NCBI GenBank assembly: GCA_000002445.1
Contig: CP000070.1
Coordinates: 928,001 to 992,000 of the forward strand
DNA: 64,000 bases
Direction: 5' to 3'
DNA from: Trypanosoma brucei
Taxonomy: Eukaryota
The translations under genes were made by a program, and so were the position numbers. Below are positions 34,967 through 48,288 of the stretch, in pieces (within the stretch, counting starts at the first letter, position 1; every line of letters begins with the position of its first letter). The notes beneath the pieces are model-generated. The model was not told the origin of the DNA. It saw only the letters and a program-made list of their open reading frames with translations, and made no database searches.

Positions 34967-36704
34967 AAAAGATAAATAATTTTTTGTACAAAAATGGAGG
35001 GTGATGATAGTGGTAACATAATAATAACAATAATAGTGATGATGATGATAATAATAATAATGGTAAAAGGGGTGGTAGTAATTCCAATTCCTGAAGGAAG
35101 CTGGGAGATAAAGAAGGAATCTCCAGTGGAAACAATAATAAGGGGGAAAAAAACAAGAAAGAAAGAAAGAAAAAAACGAAAAAGGAAGAGAAGAAAAGAT
35201 TTCAATACAAACCTTTCCAAACATTCCCTTCGTTTCTGCATATTTCTCTTTGTTTTACTGCTATTGTCTCCTCCTCCTCCTCCTCATACATTTACACACA
35301 AACATGCCCCGAGTGATTGTTTTCAACTGTAAATACTCACGGTTTTGATCACACAACATCGGTACAATCCTCAGAGGAGGGGGGGATTTCTCCTTCCATT
35401 CATTCTTCCTTTCCGCTTTTTATTTATTTCTTTTTCATTTTTTTTTCTTTTCCTCCCCTTCTTCACTTCCTGAGTTTTGTCTCTACCAAAGAACAGGTGT
35501 GCTGTAAACGTTAGTTGGTTTAATCTTTTTATTTCTTCTTTTTTTTTTGTTTCTTTATGCATAAGTACAAATGAAATTATGAACGTGCACTTACTATATA
35601 TGTAAATATATATATATATGTATATGTATATTATTTATTTACTCACTTACTTATATGGATACAAATTCTCCCTTTCATTATCACTCTTGCATTTTCTTTC
35701 TCTCCAAACACCGTTTGGTATTGTTGTTATTGTTATTATTATTATTATTATTGTTGTTGTTGTTTTTTACTATTTTTTTTTTTAAATTATCATTACTACC
35801 CGTTATTATTACCTCCCACCCTTTCTGTCTATTTGACTTTTTGTTTTTTTTCTTTTTATTTCTTTCTTTTTTTTTTTACCTTACTTTTGTGGCTCATTCG
35901 TTTCACACCCATTACGTACGAACATATATACACACAAAAACAAAAACAAAAACAAACAAACAAATTCTCTCTACATCCTAACAGGCCTTTTTTTCCCCCC
36001 TTTTTTTTTCTTTATTATTACTATTATTTTTGAGCCCCCGCCCAACCGACTGCTTAATGTGGTAAATAAAACTGTGTCAAGCAAAGCCACTTGTTACATT
36101 TCCGTCTCCTCTACGCACCGCAATAACTAAATAAAACAACAACATTTTTAAAAAAAAAGAAAAGAAGAAAAGATGATACATAAGTAAGGGAAGGAGAAAG
36201 AAATCTGGGGAAAATACACAGGATATTGTCACTGTGACTGCCATTCTTTTTTCTTTTTTAAAGGAAAAAAAAAAGGAAGTAGAAGCCTCACATCAAGTTG
36301 TGATCGCCCTCCATTCCTCTCCCTTTTTTTTTCTTTTTTTTTCAAAAAAAAAAATTTATTTCCTCCCCTGTGAACTTCCCACTCTTTTCTTTTCCCTCTC
36401 CCTTTTTTTCCCCCCCCCCAATCATTAGCGTACAGATAGAAAGCGAACAAAAGAAAAAAAAAGAGACAAGAAGAAAGACCGAGCACACATACAAGCAAAA
36501 AAAAAAAAAAAAATCACATATACACTCACACTCACACTCACACACGCACGAGTACAGACATTTTTTTTTCCCTTCCTCCTCCCTCACGCACACACTATTC
36601 AATTTGATATGCGCCAGCTCACATGTTTTTTTTTTCAATTAATTGCTTCTGCTTTTTGCTTTTGGGTTTCCTCCTCCAGTACTCCTGGTAGTTTTTTTGT
36701 TACC

Positions 36705-37622
36705 CTAAGCAGGGCTTCCATTTTCTGAGCTAACGGTACCGGGTTGTGTGAAATCGTTAGTTTTAATAGTTGTGTCAGTGGTTGATGACATATTGCTATT
36801 CGTGAAGGCAATTGCAGCACTTTCCGCTGATATTAGAGCAGACACGCACTCTGCTGCGGCTTCCTTAATTATTGCTTTCCGATGTTCGAGGTCGCCAAAC
36901 TTCTCCTGAAGTTCCAACCGTAATACTTTTGTGGTGAGATATGACCGCTCAGTCTGAGGCGTAAAGAGCACTCGGCGGAATATAGCAACACGTAATGTAT
37001 CATCGCTGGGTGATTCGAGTGATGCCGCCCGTAACGTTGAATTACGAGCCAAACGCTTTGTGGGTGTTTTTCTTTCTGAACCATTGGCTCGCCTGCTGCG
37101 TGTTGAAGCCGGTCGCTTGGCAGTCTTTCGCCCCCGCTGCGTGCTTTTTCTACTGCTCCCTTTTTTTGGTTTCGCAGCCTCCAATTCCGGATCGATAACC
37201 CCCTCCGACTGCGGGCTCATCAAAAAAGCAGTCACATCTTGTGCCAACTTCGGCAACTTCTGCGATACATTTATCCGCATACCTGTGGCCATAACAAAGT
37301 CACGGAGTCTTCTCTTTGCTATTCTTCCGAGGCGATCCACCACCTCTTCTCTTTTATACTCGGGGAAACCACAAAATTCCTCAAGAGCCCCCCATCGCTC
37401 TCCCATACGCCCCGGACGGCCGTAAACAAGTCGATGCAGCGGTTCAATGCTGGTTTCCAGTTGCCTCATTGCTATGGAGCGGGCACGTATTTTCTTAAGG
37501 GAAGGAAGTTCCTTCAGTGGCGTACCGGCTCCCTCCGCGAAGTTAAAGGTTGGACCTCCAGCTGAAGATTCAGAAGTGGAGGTTTCCCGTTTTTGCACTT
37601 CAGCTTCGGTTTGCTCAGTCAT
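36705..37622 (-). CDS. DEK-C-like (SAP-like DNA-binding) domain protein with a basic S/R/K-rich central region
   Basis: The ATG at 37622 is verified. The segment SPSDDTLRVAIFRRVLFTPQTERSYLTTKVLRLELQEKFGDLEHRKAIIKEAAAECV matches the DEK C-terminal domain pattern (psdeel..ai..il......vT.k.vr..le.kfg.dL...K..ik.li). The central 60 aa are R/K/S/T-rich, which is nuclear-protein-like. Confidence 0.7.
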   Translation of the reverse strand: MTEQTEAEVQKRETSTSESSAGGPTFNFAEGAGTPLKELPSLKKIRARSIAMRQLETSIEPLHRLVYGRPGRMGERWGALEEFCGFPEYKREEVVDRLGRIAKRRLRDFVMATGMRINVSQKLPKLAQDVTAFLMSPQSEGVIDPELEAAKPKKGSSRKSTQRGRKTAKRPASTRSRRANGSERKTPTKRLARNSTLRAASLESPSDDTLRVAIFRRVLFTPQTERSYLTTKVLRLELQEKFGDLEHRKAIIKEAAAECVSALISAESAAIAFTNSNMSSTTDTTIKTNDFTQPGTVSSENGSPA

Positions 37623-37733
37623 GCTCTTCTTTTGAATTTTTTTTTTTCTTTACTTAAAATATGAAACAAAGAATAATTACAAACAACGCTGCAGGAGCAA
37701 ACCCACAACAATAGCAACAATATCTAACTGCCA

Positions 37734-37786
37734 CTGTGTGTGTGTGTGTGTGTGTGTGTAGGATGCGCTCTCTCTCTCTCTCTTTT
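37734..37786. repeat. (TG)13 then (CT)8 dinucleotide repeats
   Basis: I read tgtgtgtgtgtgtgtgtgtgtgtgtgta...ctctctctctctctct immediately upstream of the gene at 37622. Confidence 0.9.
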
Positions 37787-38382
37787 CTCTTTCGCTCTCC
37801 CTTTTGTTTTTTTTTGTGTTGTTGTTGTTGTTTACAGATATATATATATATATATATGGATGGATTTATAATGATACGCTATGTTGCGATCACTGAAATG
37901 ACTGCTACGTTCACTACTGTACAGTCGTTTTGTGCCTTCGGATTAGCAAAAAAAAAAAAAAACAGTGGTCAAGAGGGGAAAAAAGAAAAAAAAAGGAGAA
38001 AAAGAAAGTAGTAGGATTGTCTCCTTATTTATTTATTTTTCTGTGCGCGCATTGCAAGGAAGAAAAGGTTCCAGAAAATGAAACATTGAAGCTTACTTGG
38101 GCAAAAATATGCATGTTGTTCCAACAGAAACTTTAAAAATAAAAAAGCCGGTGAAAGACACCAGTAACTTGCGATAGTGCGAACATCCCTGACATAAACC
38201 CCCTCTGGACAACTAAGAAACAGTAGATGATGAGCAACCAACTTTGGCAAAATAACGGGCAACACACCAGGAGCAACAGCGCCGTAACAATACGCGAAAA
38301 GAAGTCAACGGCACGCTGTGCAAAGAAAAGCAAACTCATGTTTCATGAAGACCGCACTACTACTTCGAATTCGTATTAACTC

Positions 38383-39801
38383 TTACGAAGGTACATCCAA
38401 AAACAACCTTCGCAATGTGCAAAACGATGGACTCTGCTGGCAACATCGAGTGCCAAAAACGGGCTCCTCCTCTAAAAACTGCAACACCTCCGACAGACGA
38501 CGTGCCATTAAAGACTCCGAAACATCACCATCAATTCCAACATTCCCACGAATATCACCCGATGACCCGCTACGGCTTCCCGTCACCTTTCCGGCAAGGT
38601 CTTGTAAAAAGAACGAACCACCCGCAACACGTTGGACGTCACCAAAGGCGCGCAGTGCTCTCGTTACAACACTTAAACTGGGCACGTCTCGTTTCTTTTC
38701 ACCATCGAGCAGTCGCTCAACCAATGGCCTCAATGTCCTTTCTAATAAAAGTGAGGTAACCTCCTGACGAGGGATAGGTGGAGCTACACCACGAATGCAA
38801 CGACAGAGTGAGATGATGCGGTGAAACAATATTTCACTTTGACACTCTCCATCCACAGCTGGGGATGTGGTTTTCGATATGATGTGCTGCAATTCCGTTG
38901 TGCAACAATTAAGGAGATCCTGAAGTGCGCCGGCGGTGTAACCATCAACCAGGGCCAAAACTTCAGTGGCACTGAACATCGGTAAACGCCGGCACTGCTG
39001 CTTAATCCACATATAGTTATTGATAAAAACACACAGTACATCAACCGAGTTTGGAAGTGTAGAGGCCTGGACCTGAAGTTTATTATTGTTCTCCACCATT
39101 GCCACGAAACAATCACTGATGATATGCAACAACGGGTGCGGCTTTGAGCTATGATGTGCGTCCCCTTCTTCACCAAACTCAATGCAGTTCACAACAAAAC
39201 TCAGCAGCCGCACAACCACCTCCCAAACCAAAACAACTACCGATAACATCGGCTGGAGTTCCTCTCCCTCAATGTGATGCCACCGCAACCGCACAGTGGG
39301 GGACTGAAAGCCATCGGTTGCTTCACGAATTAAACAAACCAACAAGCTCCCGAGGCGGCACCACGAAACCCCTTCGACCCATGAGGGAAGGTCCCGGCAT
39401 TCATGGGAAGAAGTGAGAAAAGGAAGAGCCTCAGCGGTTATTAGGTTAAACGCCGTTAGCGCAGTGCCTTCAACTAACGGGGTTGTATCCTCCATGGAAT
39501 GGACTTCGCCGCCGTCTTCAGTTGTTGTTGTTGTTGTTGCTGCTGCTGCTGCTAACACTGCCTTCAAGTATGTGGCAAATATCGTAGAAACGCGGTCAAA
39601 CACATCGTCCAGGATATCGCTAATGCGTGATTCATCCGCTGCTTCAGTAAGTTTCCGGAGGAAAGGACCGCAGTCCTCAGGTAACTTATTGCTACAGCTC
39701 GTCACGAGCAATTTCCCCTCAAGACGCTTTAACACTTGATCAATGAGCCCGCAATGATTAGTGTTACTCATTATAGCGGTAGCCCCCGCACCGTCGTGCA
39801 T
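38383..39801 (-). CDS. hypothetical protein (472 aa) with a poly-Ala/poly-Thr tract
   Basis: The ATG at 39801 is verified. It is a long ORF with normal composition. It contains AAAAATTTTTT, encoded by a (GCA)n(ACA)n repeat (plus 39521-39553). I recognised no motif. Confidence 0.75.
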   Translation of the reverse strand: MHDGAGATAIMSNTNHCGLIDQVLKRLEGKLLVTSCSNKLPEDCGPFLRKLTEAADESRISDILDDVFDRVSTIFATYLKAVLAAAAATTTTTTEDGGEVHSMEDTTPLVEGTALTAFNLITAEALPFLTSSHECRDLPSWVEGVSWCRLGSLLVCLIREATDGFQSPTVRLRWHHIEGEELQPMLSVVVLVWEVVVRLLSFVVNCIEFGEEGDAHHSSKPHPLLHIISDCFVAMVENNNKLQVQASTLPNSVDVLCVFINNYMWIKQQCRRLPMFSATEVLALVDGYTAGALQDLLNCCTTELQHIISKTTSPAVDGECQSEILFHRIISLCRCIRGVAPPIPRQEVTSLLLERTLRPLVERLLDGEKKRDVPSLSVVTRALRAFGDVQRVAGGSFFLQDLAGKVTGSRSGSSGDIRGNVGIDGDVSESLMARRLSEVLQFLEEEPVFGTRCCQQSPSFCTLRRLFLDVPS

Positions 39802-40054
39802 ATTTCGCCCCTCTCTTTACCGCGCTGTTGTGTGCCGGCGCCGTTGTACTTTTTTTCCCTTTCCACGGAAGAAATAAGTTACCGTCCCCTCTTTTTTTCT
39901 CTCTTCTCCAAGTCAACTCCTTCTTCAATTACCCCTCTATGTTCGTCCCTCCAACAGCAAATATATTGTTACAGTGAAGCGACTGATAGGTGAAAGGAAT
40001 TAAGGCATTGTAATAATAGACAAACGGAGGGAAAAATAAAGAAATAAATAACAG

Positions 40055-40081
40055 GGTGTGTGTGTGTGTGTGTGTGTGTGG
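40055..40081. repeat. (GT)13 microsatellite
   Basis: I read ggtgtgtgtgtgtgtgtgtgtgtgtgg directly from the sequence. Confidence 0.9.
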
Positions 40082-42513
40082 CAAGGAGTAATTTACATAT
40101 GATGAAGAAGCTCGTCACAAGACAAACATAAGGGTATTGAAAAGGTTTCGAATAAGAAAAAAAAAACTGTGTGCGAGTCATCACTCCCACTTTGGAAATG
40201 TTACACTTGCTTTTGAACAGCCCATTACTGCGAAGGTATAACCATTAAGACGCAATGCGTCGAAGTTTCCGGGCAAAGAACCCCACATCAAACGTAATTG
40301 TCTTGGAAACCTTCCGCAAGTTTCCCTTAGATGCTTCCTTTCAGAACAGAAAAATAAAAAAAAGAAAGGAGGAGAGCGGGTTGTTCCTCATTCTTCCCCA
40401 CATCTCGCTTTTCTTCACTCTCCTCAAAAAAGAAAAGTAAAGAAATTTCCCTCACTTCTATTTCCATGTGACCTGCCGTGTTACATTCATTCATTCTTTC
40501 TTTTTTTTTTTGTTTTCTTCCTCTGCCAGGTGAATCAAAGACACGAGCCGCCAAGTGAAAGTAACGCATGCGGAGCGGGGGCAAAAGGTGCGGCCAAAAA
40601 CAAATTTACACACAAGTTCACAAACGGATAAGTAAAAGACAAAGACGCAATCGAAAGAAGCGACACCGAAAAAAAAAAACAACTTTGAAATAATGAATAA
40701 CAAAAATATGGAAAAAGAAGTGGATGGTCCGTTTTTTTTAATTTTTTTTTCTCAAGGAGGGAACAAATAATCCAACAAAACAAATCGGGGAAGTTTGGAA
40801 CTATCCAACAAAGAAAAAAACATCAGGAACACGAAAAGATAAAACAAAAGTAAAAATATAAGGATAAATGGTTCCATTTACCCACACTCACACACAAACA
40901 CAAACAAACAAACAAACAAACAGAAGCGGGTGCGCACACACACGCATGCAGATATTCTAATAATCACAACGGCCACATAAGTTAATTACAATAGTCACAT
41001 TTTATTATCGTTTTTGTCATCGGTCCCAAGGCACAACCACCTTCTTGCTGACCTTTTTTTTTTGGCTTTTTTGCCATTTATTTTGTTCCCTTTTACCACA
41101 ACCACCTTCATTATTATAACCACTATTACAATTGTCACTATTATTATTATTATTATTATTTTCAGCGTCATTACCATTTGCTTTCGTTATTATCATCATG
41201 TGACACACACACACACACTCTCTCTCTCTCTCTCTCACTCACACTCACACTCACATTCTCTTGTATATTTGTACCTTTATTGTTTATTTTATTTTATTTA
41301 TTTTTTTTTCTAATTATGGTTTTCTACCTTTCCTAACTCTCTTCCCTCCCATCACTTTCTACCGCTTCCCCGTCGTAAGTCTCCGCGGCTACGCAGGATG
41401 AACCCACTTTATAATATATAAATATAAATAAATATATACAAATGTGAGAGTCGAAACATTAAAAACATCTCTTTACCCGTCATTTTTCTCCTCTTGTGTT
41501 TGCCCTTTCCATAAAAATTACCTCTCATCCCTTCTATCAATGTATCAATATTATATATATGTATATATATATATATAATATAATATAATATATCCCATTT
41601 TACCCCTTTGTTTCCCCTCTGTTTCTGTAAGCGCAGGAATCATAGTAAGTGATAAGTATGATGATAATGATAATGATAATAATGTGACAATGAGAGGAAT
41701 AATAACAATAAGAATGACCAATAATAAGGACAATAAGAATGGTAATAATGATTATGATTGTGGTTGTAGGGATAATGATGATAATAATAATAATAAGCTC
41801 AGGCGCTCACACGCCGCATTCCGCATCGTCAACACCGATAAACGCCTTATTGCTCTCCTTTTTTTCTCCTCCTTCTTTTTTTTTTCCTTAAGCTCTCTCC
41901 AATTCATTCATCATCACCACTTCACTTCAAACATACTTTAAATATATACACAGGTGTGTGCACGCGCATATACATATACACATATGTATATGCATATATA
42001 TGTACATACATGTAAGCCAACGGTGGTAATAATGACAATAATAATAATAATAATATCAATATTAATAACAATAATAATAATAGTGTTACTGGCAACACAA
42101 AACACACCAGCGCTTCCGTTGCAAACTCACACACTTATTCACCCGATCACATACCAACACAACTTATTTCGCCCCCTTCTTTTATTCATTCTTTTCTCTT
42201 CCATATATCTCCTTCCTTCTCTTTCTCTTTTTTTTAAAAAAAAAATCTCCTAAAACGCAGAAATGCGTGTGCATCCATCCGTTTATATTTATTTAGTCGC
42301 TCGCACCGACCTTGCCGGGTTGTTTTTTTTTTTCTCCTTTCCAGTTTGTATCGCTATTCGCTTCTCTTCCCCTCTCGTCTAATGGCATCTCATTTGTGTT
42401 TTATCATATTCTTCCGTGTTTATTTTTGTTGGGGTTGCTGTTACTCTTTTTTTTTTTTCCTTCCTTTCCTTTTTTTTTTCTCCTCCCCCAATTTTAATTG
42501 CCTTCATATACAC

Positions 42514-42550
<37 letters not shown>

Positions 42551-43923
42551 AATGCGTCAAATTCCACTTCCGCTGACCTCTATCAAAATAAACACGAAAA
42601 GAAAAAAAAGAAAAGAAAAGAAAAAAAGAAAATGAAAACATAATTAAAGCCACCATAATAACTATAATAATGACTGAAATTAAGAAGAAAAAAAAAGCAT
42701 AAGAAGAGGAACTGCAGGACCGGCGTGTGCTACCGTACTGCACGTCAATAAAATAATAAAATTTAAAATTTAAAATAATAATAATATAATAATAACAATA
42801 AAAAAAAAGCAGCAAACTGGCTGTGCGGTGTGGTGTTGTGTTGTGAGGCGCGTGAAAGTTATTTAACAGGTACGAAGGAGCGGGGAAGAGATAATGCACA
42901 TCAGCATGTGAAGTATTTTCATATGGAAACGAAGCGAAATGAAACCGAAAAGAAAAAAAAAGTGGCGGAGGGGAAAAACAAACAAACAAACAAACAAAAA
43001 AAAAAACACACACACACACAAGGAAAAAAAAAATTACCACCACCACCAACAACAACAACGAAAAGGAAAAAGAAAAAAAAGAAAAGAAGAATCAATGCAT
43101 ATGTGTTAAAGTAAACAAGTCGTGATAACAGTAATAGTAATAATCATAATCATAACATGCCACTCAGGAAACACATACACAAATAAACAGAAAGAAGAAA
43201 AAGACAAAACGAACCAAAAATATGGGGACGACAGTAACAGTAAAAAAAAAAGGAAAGAATTAACAGTAACTATTGCAGTGGCAAAAGTTACTTCCTTTTC
43301 TTTTTTTTTCCTTTTTCTTTATATTGTTTGTTTGCTTTCTCATCTGTTTTAATTTTCATCCTTTACTGATTATTACGAGCAAAAGGAAAAAAACAAAAAA
43401 AAACAGAAATCTCTTAACCCTTTCACTGAGGAACGAAGGGATTACACCAGTTGACATAAATTTGTTTGACATAAAAGTTAGAAAACGAAAAAAAAAATCA
43501 CAACGAATGTGGGAAACGACACTTGTGAGGCAGGCAAGAGCAAGAACGCAAGCATCTCCACAAATCAACGGAAAAGATAATTCTTTTTTTTTTTAAAGAA
43601 AGATAGCATATATATATACATATATATATATGAGATCTTTCTTTCACTCCTTCACATATTCAATTTGTTCTTATTATTCATTTATTATTACCGTTTCCTT
43701 TTATTTCCCTTCATTACCATAAGTGGCCCAACAAATACAAATCAAATTAAATTATACATAAGTATATGTAAATATAAATATGCATATATAGATATAAGAA
43801 CCCAAGTATGATATGAAAGGACAAACCCAAAACTGAAGAAAACAAGCGAAAACAACAAAAATTGAAATGATAAACAAAAGGAAAGGAAAATACATACACA
43901 TACCTCATAATCCGATCATCAAT

Positions 43924-43966
43924 GAATACATACATATATATATATAATATATATATGTATGTATTC
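43924..43966. repeat. near-perfect 43-bp AT-rich palindrome (inverted repeat with about 20-bp arms)
   Basis: I read gaatacatacatatatatatataatatatatatgtatgtattc. Its reverse complement is identical except at the central 2-3 nt. Confidence 0.8.
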
Positions 43967-46900
43967 ATTTACTTATATATAGATACATATATTTACACAA
44001 GTATAATAATGAATGATAATGTTAACAACAAAAAACAGTGAGGGAATGATAATGATGATGGTAATATTACTAGTAATAATGAATCATAATCAAAACGGCA
44101 GTGAATGCGATTACGATTGTTCTGAAGGGGGAAAAGTTGGATAAGAAGAGATAAATAATCACGCAAACACATACGAAAAACAGGGACACACATACAGAGG
44201 GAAAGAGCAACAGGATCAAAATAAACCAATGGAAAATAATGGAAACAAATTATAAAAATGTTGTACTAACACCCTACCATCATTATGATCATCACAATGG
44301 CGATAATCAACACAATAAAGGGACGGTTCTGGCAAAAAAAACAAAAGAAGTGTATATATGAATAAATAAATATGAATACATACGAATATTTACTTATAAA
44401 TATGCGTGTTCTTTTTCTTTTTTTTTTTTTAATATGGAGTGTGTGTGCAGTGCAATGGCAATGACATGTCCGTGGCCGCCAGTAATATTTTGTGAAATTC
44501 AACAAAACCGAAACAAAAGTGAGGGAATGGGACGCGAAACCGGAATCGGAGGAATATGGTAGTAAAAACAGAACGGAACAAACAAACAAACAAACTCTTA
44601 AATGAATGGGCAAGTGCACGAAATCAACAACAATGATGACAGCATTGAAAAAATTGTAAGAAAAGAAACAAAAAAAAAGTGGTTGATTCCGTCTTCGAAG
44701 AGGTGGAAAGAAAACAAAACATGAAAGCACAAAAACATAAAAACAGGTGGAAGTGAAGAGATGAAGGAGTGGAAGTGGAAAATAAAATTTAAAAACGCAC
44801 AAACCATCATGTAAAAAAAAAAAAATACAAAGAACCGGAATGAAGAAAAGAAAGACACAATGGAGAAGAGAGAGAGAGGGGGAAAAAAAGACAAAGCGGA
44901 TGGAAACAACAAGTCGCCTTGTGTCATCCCTTTCACATTTTCAGTTGTTGTTTTTTCTTTTCATTGGTTTTTTTTTCCTCTCAGCCTAATCGTGTCGTTT
45001 TTTTTTTGCTTTTGATTTCCGCCAACCAGCCACATCAATTTTCTTCCACCTCCTCATCACCGTATTCGGTCCCATTATATTCACACACTTCCAGTTCGTT
45101 TTGTTTTAATTAATCTTGTTCATACATAAATATATAAAACACGCGTACTCGCATTCCATATCTACCAATACACCCACGCCAAAGGGCACATAAATATTTT
45201 TAATCATAAATATTCGCCCTGTTTTTGTCCAACACATCATTCATTGCATTACGTAATGCCATTAACATTCTTCGCATGTCTCCTTCACAGCATTCTTATT
45301 CTCCTTCACTTCCCCTTTTTATTTATTTATTTATTTCCTTTTCAGAAGAACAAACAACACAAAAAAAGATGTTTCATCACTCTTTTTTTTTTTTTTGGTC
45401 CTCTTTCATCCTAACCCTCCGTTTTTCTACCCTCTCCCTTTTTAATTTCCCCCACTTTCCTCCTCTTCACTAATTTCTAAATATTAGTCTCATCATTACA
45501 GGCGAAATTCAAAAGGAAAAAAAACAGCAAAACGCACATTTTTTGTCCATTTTTATCAATCGCCTCCTCATATCATTTCCTCAAATTCTTTACAGCGTTT
45601 ATGCGTGCAGAATAGATAAAAATGAAGGGATCAAATATTGAAATTGAGGCGAAGTGGCAGAAAAAAAAAAGGAGGGGGAGAGTCGAGAAAAAAGAAAGAA
45701 AAAAACAAAAGAAGACTGAAAATTTTTTTTCTTTTTTAAACAAAAACCATGTACAAAAAGGAAAAAAGAAAACAACGCCAATAGCAAGCAAATTAATAAT
45801 GATAATAAGAACCGCCATTGCTGATATTATTATTATTATTATAACAGTAATAATAATAATAAGCTGCATAACAATTGAAGATGCGCCTTACAGCCACTCA
45901 TCTCTTACTTTTCATACACGCCACATTCCTCTTCCACTACTGTGCGGTGGTTTATTCCTCTTGTATTTCTCCTCACATCTTTTATTTATCTTATGTTTTC
46001 CTTTTTTTTTTTTTCGTCCTTGCTTCTCCTCCTTTTTCCCTTGCTTCAAGTCTTTTTTTTAAAAAAAAATTATTATTATTGTTATTATTTCCTCTAACGC
46101 TTTTTTCTCCTCTTTTCTCGACAAATGCAACAGCGAAAAAGACGACGATCATTACCAGAGCAACAACAATAATAATAATAATAATAACACCACAAATACA
46201 CGAAGTGTTTAAATACCAAAATGCAATAAATATTGTTGGGAAGGTCCAGAACCCTTTAACAAAAGAAAACAAAAAATCACCTTTACGTATAAATTTAAAC
46301 ATGCAAATGTACACGTATATAATTGCTTTCTTATTCTTTCTCATTTTATTCATTCACTCTTCCTCCAGTCCCCCTTTCTTCCCCAGCGTTGTGCAACACA
46401 TTAAACAAAAACAAAAGAAACAAAAAAAACAAAAAACAAAAATAAAACAGAAATAAAAGTGGCTGTAGAATCAGCTAATGTGAAGTTAAGCAAGCTGTAT
46501 TATAACGGATACGAAAGCAAGATAAAATAAGACAATCGGAGGGAAAGTGAGGCGAGGACAGAAAAAAACAAAAACAAAAACAAAAAGGAAAAGGAAATTA
46601 GGGGAGTTGCGCCGCATGTTTTGATTATTCCTTTTTTTTCTTAAAAAAAAAACTGAAAAAAATGCTTTGATTCCATTCATTTTCTTTCAGCAACGACCTC
46701 CAACTTCCACCATATTCCGGGCGACAGATGAAGTAAAAGAAAAAAAAAAGAAAGATGACAAATAATAAAGAAAAGAGGAAACCAGTGGAAGAGCATAAGA
46801 ATAATTACAATAAGTGTAGGAAAAAGAAACAAAAACAAAAACAAGAATAGCATCTTCCTTCCTTCCTTCTGTTTGCATTATTGGTGTTGTTCCCATTCGT

Positions 46901-48288
46901 GTCTCACCAATCGCACATAATTCATTTTATATTACACTATATCATATGTATATATGTATATACACCTATGTACTAAATTTAAATACGAACATGCATTCCT
47001 CCACATTTTTTATATTTTTTTTAAAAAAATTTTTACGGGCTCTGCTCATTTATTTCCTTCCTATTGTTCTTCTCGCTCGATTGCATCTTTCAAAAATATA
47101 GGGAACGCCATGCATTTCAACGTCAGCAAAAAAAAAATTCTTCTTTTCTTTCTCTTTGGCACCTGAAGACCCACTGAGATAACAAAGGAAAATAACTGCG
47201 ATGAACCAAGCAGATTAATGAAAAGAAAAAAAAAGGATCATAAAAAAATGATGATAATGACGGGAATAATGTTACTAATACTAATGATCGTGTCCACGCA
47301 AGGAGAAACGAAAAAAAAAAAATGGACAAGGGAACGGAAGAAAAGAAAAAGGAAAAGGTCAACGACGAAAAAAACTGGCAAAAAAGATAATGATGGTAAC
47401 AAAAAAAAACCGAGGGCACTGTTCACTTCTTCACAAGTAATGTGTACCAGCGCGTGATAATTTGGCGGAGAGGGGGGAGGAAAAAAAAAAATGATTTAAA
47501 GGGGGGAAAACAAAAAGCGACAACAAAAGCCACCCAAAACAAAAGCTTGGGGGAAGGGGGATTTGAACAAAACAAGCAAAGCAAAGGGGGAAAGACATAA
47601 AATCTGGTAGAATAGAAAGAAAAAAAAAGGAGAAAGGAAGACAAACAGAAGAACGCAGAGCTACGAAAGACAATGAGTCTGCGCACAGACAGAAGACGGC
47701 AGCGGGCACATAGTAAATAAACCAATGCAAAAACCCGCTTGTGCCTTTCCCACTGAGAGGGTCACCAGAAACGGCACACGAAAACATACGAAATGAGAGG
47801 AAGTACGACAAAAAGAACACATGAAACAAAGAAAAATGCCATAAACATGTGGGGGCCTTCCAGGACGCGGGGAGCAAACAAAGGGGAATACACGAAAGAA
47901 AATGGAGGAGAAAAAGGGCAAACGACTCCGGTAATCCAAAATGGTATGGTGTACGCTGCGCGTCACTCCTTTTCTTTTCTTTTCTCCACTCCAAACCCTT
48001 TTATTTCCATCATTCTCGCATTTACTTCGTCAGTTTCACTCCCCACGCACGGACACAAATATACACGCACACACCTCCCAGTCCTAAGGATAAATTGACG
48101 ATCATCATCTCACAATCCCTAACAAAGACGACGTTGGTGGTAAAAACAAAAGACGACAGCAACAACAGATACACCAACTCCATTAAACGGTGGTCATCTC
48201 CTTTCAAAGACAAGTCTTCCCTACACCATAAGTACTCACAGGTGGACACGAGCAGCCCGCCACTCCTCATTTTGCAACCAATGATGGT

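Larger units (their letters stand above)
39802..48288 (-). other. gene-free, AT-rich, microsatellite-dense stretch of about 8.5 kb. It is a candidate ultra-long 3'UTR of the RRM-protein gene, or a long intergenic spacer.
   Basis: No ORF here has non-repetitive composition; every ORF longer than 100 aa in the track is poly-F/L/S/K low complexity. The region lies directly downstream (transcription-wise) of the RRM gene stop at 48289 and upstream of the next gene's ATG at 39801. It contains many (TA)n, (GT)n, (AAT)n and (ATT)n tracts and homopolymers. Confidence 0.4.

Noticed and set aside
41797-41925. Possible C/D-box snoRNA: a TCATCA...TCAG spacing on the plus strand corresponds to C-box and D-box on the minus strand.
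   Set aside because: The intervening sequence on the minus strand is a purine homopolymer-like run (aaaaaaaaaagaaggaggagaaaaaaagg) with no plausible guide region or terminal stem. The motif match is most likely by chance in AT-rich DNA.
42504-47994. Long ORFs of 178-187 aa inside the 8.5-kb gene-free region (42504-43058, 44266-44802, 47431-47994, 45875-46456).
   Set aside because: All are poly-F/L/S/K/C translations of homopolymer and microsatellite DNA. Several begin with non-ATG codons, and none has protein-like composition.
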